From: Eutreptiella sp. 'Long Island Sound 2002'
Lineage: Eukaryota > Protista > Euglenida
Length of the DNA stretch: 64,000 nt
Direction of reading: 5' to 3'
Assembly (NCBI GenBank): GCA_964036045.1
Contig: OZ038378.1
Location: forward strand, 28,334,001 to 28,398,000
Shown in pieces: positions 61,151 to 64,000 of this stretch. The notes beneath the pieces are model-generated. The model was not told where the DNA came from. It was given only the letters and a program-made list of their open reading frames with translations, and did not search any database. How positions within the stretch are numbered: the stretch's first letter is position 1; every line of letters starts with the position of its first letter. The position numbers were made by a program, and so were the translations under genes.

Positions 61151-62849
61151 GCTGCAGCGGGCGACAGCGGGGTCGGGTGTTGTTCGCGTAGTTGCCATGC
61201 TCATTTCGGCGTTGCTTGGCTCTAGTTGCGCGGGGCCGGTCTGGTACGTGTTGACTGTGCGCCGTCCCCTAATCGTGGGGGAGAAAGGTAACGAGAGGTT
61301 GTCTGACCGCTGTGAAGAGTTTCCCAATTCGGTGCTACATTCCCTGTCCCGCCCTGGCAGCGTTACATGCACAACCCATCATCCGGTATTTCGCAGTGCC
61401 CCTTGGCCGTCCTGTCAGCCTCGTCTGTGCCATTCATATGTACAGCCCCGTCAGTGGCAAGGCCCCGTCGGTCCCCCTTGGTGCAGCCCCGTCCTCCCCA
61501 TGGGAGCCCCGGGGTGCTGATCCGGCTCGGTGGTGCGGTGCTCGTGTTCGTGTCTGCCTGCCTGTCGTGTCCCTTATTGTGCCGTGTCTCGCGGGTTATG
61601 TGGCTGGCGGTTCGGTGTCGCCGTGCGGTGTTTGGCGGTTAGGGTGGCTCGGTTCGTGCTCTGGTGTTAGGATGCTCTGTCCGGTGTGGCGGGCTGGGTC
61701 CGGCATAACACACCCGTGCCCGCCGGCAAGAGCCGGCGGGTTCGCGGGTCCCGTGTGGCGAGCCTTTGGTCCCTTGCGTGCGCCTGGTGGGGGTCCGGAG
61801 GAAAGGAATACTGGTCAGTGTCGAAGCCCCCCCCCCCCCCCGCTCCTTGTCGCTTTGAACTTTCCGGGCTGCTGTGAACGTGTCCCTCGTACCATTCTTG
61901 CAGGTTAAATGTGCTGAATCCGGCCCAGCGTCCCAGGCTTCGTTACAGACTGTTAAGTTTCTGAGCTGCGGGGAATGTGTCCCTCGCACCATTCTCGCAG
62001 GTTATAATCCGCCCCAGCGTCCCAGGCATTTAACTTTCCCGTCGGAGGTGCGCGCCGGTCCCATTGGCGCACGTATCCCTTGATGCTCGCCTTGGAAGGT
62101 AACATTCTGCAAGATGGCTCGATAACATTCCCATGGTCATCAGCCCGGCCGTGGGTCCCGCTTGTTTGGCTGGCCTCTTGGCCTGGCCCCTTGTGGGTCC
62201 GGTTCGCGGGAGAGGGTTAGGTGGAAGGACAGGTCCGTGTTGGGCGCCGTTCCTTGTTCTGTCGCGGGCGGGCTGCGGGGGTCCTGGAAGCGTGGCCCCC
62301 GCCCGGGGGATGTGGGAGGAATTCGTTGGGTTTTCGTTCGTGTTCGACACCATGGGCTGCTAAGGCTAGCCCCTATTTGCTGGGTGTCCGTTGCACGCGC
62401 CGGGCAGGTCGGCGTCTTTTTCGCTGGCGCGCCCGACCGATAGGCGTTGGCGGAGTGTGTTGCACGGTCGCGCTTCGTCGGGTTGTACGAGGGGGTCCTT
62501 CTGGGCAAGGTCGGTTTGCCAGGGGTCATTGCGGTTGATGGCCGATTCCGCAGCCGTTGGTGTGACGTCCATCGTCGGGTCCTCTGGCGAGAGGAGGTGA
62601 TCCCGCGGCCGCCGTGTTGTCTCCTTCCTTGCGTATGGCCGGTGCGGAATTCGCGTCGCGCGCGCGTGGTGGTGCGTCGTCACTGCAGGTCCAGTGGCCG
62701 GCTGCGGTAGGCAGGGCACGCGTGTGCCGCGTCGGGTGGGGCGGGGCGGTCCCGAGTGGTTTTGAGGGTGCGTTCCCGGTTTCGGCCCGCGGCGGCTCAG
62801 GGCCCTGGGGGGTTTCCCACGCGTTGCACAGGGGCGCTGCGGAGGGCGC

Positions 62850-63764
62850 TGAAGATCTCTTGCACAAGGGCCGCGTGTGCTGCCTGGGCCTCCGTCTCAG
62901 TGTGGAAGATGGGCTGCAGTTGCTCGCCCAGTGCCAGCGCCCAGATCTGGTGGATCGCGAAAACGGGGCACAGGTTGGGCGCAGTGGGGGTCTCTGCTGT
63001 CCGTTTGCGCTGGGGGATGGCCTCCAGTTGCTGCCGGCCGTCGAGGTAGAACCTCCATGTTGCTGACCATTCCCTGGTGTGCGGCCAGCGGCGCCGTGCC
63101 CACCGCCAGAGGCAGTACAGGGCATGGCTTGGGTGCCAGGTTGCCGGCCGTCCCCGACACGATGGCCGTCAGGGGGTCCGCGGGCTGGTCGTTGAGCAGG
63201 GGGCTGGGGCTGTCCGGCAGGGCCGTGGTCGCCGGGAGCAAGGAGTCGACGGCCTCCAAGCTCCAGTGCCTCTCCTGCGGGTGCGGGATGATCCGAACTT
63301 GGTAGTAGTGGCCATGCTCCGACACGATCATGGTGATGGTGCTGGGGTCACGTTCGCGCGGCGGGGGCGCTGCGCGTGCCGTCTCCGGGTACCGCGCCGG
63401 CTGTCCTGCTTTCCCATGCCGCCGGGTCTTCGTGCGGTGGGATGCGGAGGGTTTCGGGTCTCGGCGGCTGGGCGGCCCCCTCCCGGCCTCCGGTGCTGGG
63501 CGCGGGCCTGGGGTCTGTCGGCGGTGCTATGAGCGTGTGTACCCAGCCCAGGTTGCGGACCCATACGCCTCCCTGGGCTGGCTGGTAGGTGTTGAACCAC
63601 CAGATCCACGCTTCAACAAGGTCGTCTGAGATCTTTGTCCCGCGAGTGACGAGCGCCTGGAGCTGCCGCACAAAGATTTCGGTTGTTGCGGCGTGTGGCA
63701 GGGGGACCACGGCGAACAGCCTGTTCGGGTTGACGTCATGGAGGTGTTCCCGGAGGGCTGCCAC
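62850..63764 (-). pseudogene. Ulp1/C48-like cysteine protease domain, frameshifted
   Basis: KISDDLVEAWIWWFN (cf. WLxDxxI), EHGHYYQVRI (His), EAVDSLLP (Asp), PNLCPVFAI at 62953-62979 (Cys; cf. DCGVF). Confidence 0.6.
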
Positions 63765-64000
63765 CAGCTCGCTCGAGGGCTTGGTAGCGTGGATGCCGTA
63801 GAGCGCCCTCAGTTCCGCATCGTCGAAGGGACCTGTGCCCCTCTGCTGCGGTGGGCGGGGGGGGTGGGGGGGGCATCGTCACCCGGTCCTGGTCCAGCGT
63901 GGCGCTAATCGGGGAGGGGTGCGATGAGGTGGTGCCAGAGTGTCCCCCAGGCGCGTACTCCGTGGGGGGCTCCCGTTGCTGGGGCATCCAGCAGGTCGTG

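Larger units (their letters stand above)
59582..64000 (-). mobile_element. Internally deleted non-LTR retrotransposon relic with a Ulp1-like protease and a (CCTA)n tail; runs off the window
   Basis: 3' tail (taggtaggtagg on plus strand, 59583-59598); C-terminal coding remnants at 59.6-60.0 kb; protease motifs at 62.9-63.76 kb. No RT is visible. Confidence 0.6.

Overview
Eukaryotic nuclear DNA, very probably from a euglenid. The main evidence is a near-perfect euglenid spliced-leader (SL) exon at 12525-12554; candidate exons with GT-AG introns occur near 33-35 kb. There are no prokaryotic operons, rRNA genes or CRISPR arrays. The window is mostly nested transposable elements. 1-7.1 kb: a C-rich ~23-bp hairpin satellite interrupted by a TIR-bounded DNA transposon relic and a Gypsy RT scrap. 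7.8-12.5 kb: a decayed APE-type LINE. 12.5-14.4 kb: an SL-headed intronless ORF of unknown function. 16184-18778: a PIF/Harbinger-like element (41-bp TIRs, TTA TSD) carrying a C2H2 plus double-chromodomain gene. 19.0-25.3 kb: a chromodomain Ty3/Gypsy element whose pol has a DIRS/Dam-like adenine-methyltransferase domain. 25.3-32.6 kb: a LINE (RT, RNase H, CCHC) interrupted by MITEs and by an apparently intact RAG1/Transib-like transposon (25954-28802) with perfect 36-bp TIRs and subterminal motif arrays. 32.8-45 kb: probable exons of an intron-rich host gene. 46.4-47.8 kb: a 358-bp x4 tandem array. 55689-58966: a gag-only LTR element. 59.6-64 kb: a minus-strand non-LTR relic with a Ulp1-like protease domain. 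All assignments come from motif recognition by eye; no database searches were run.
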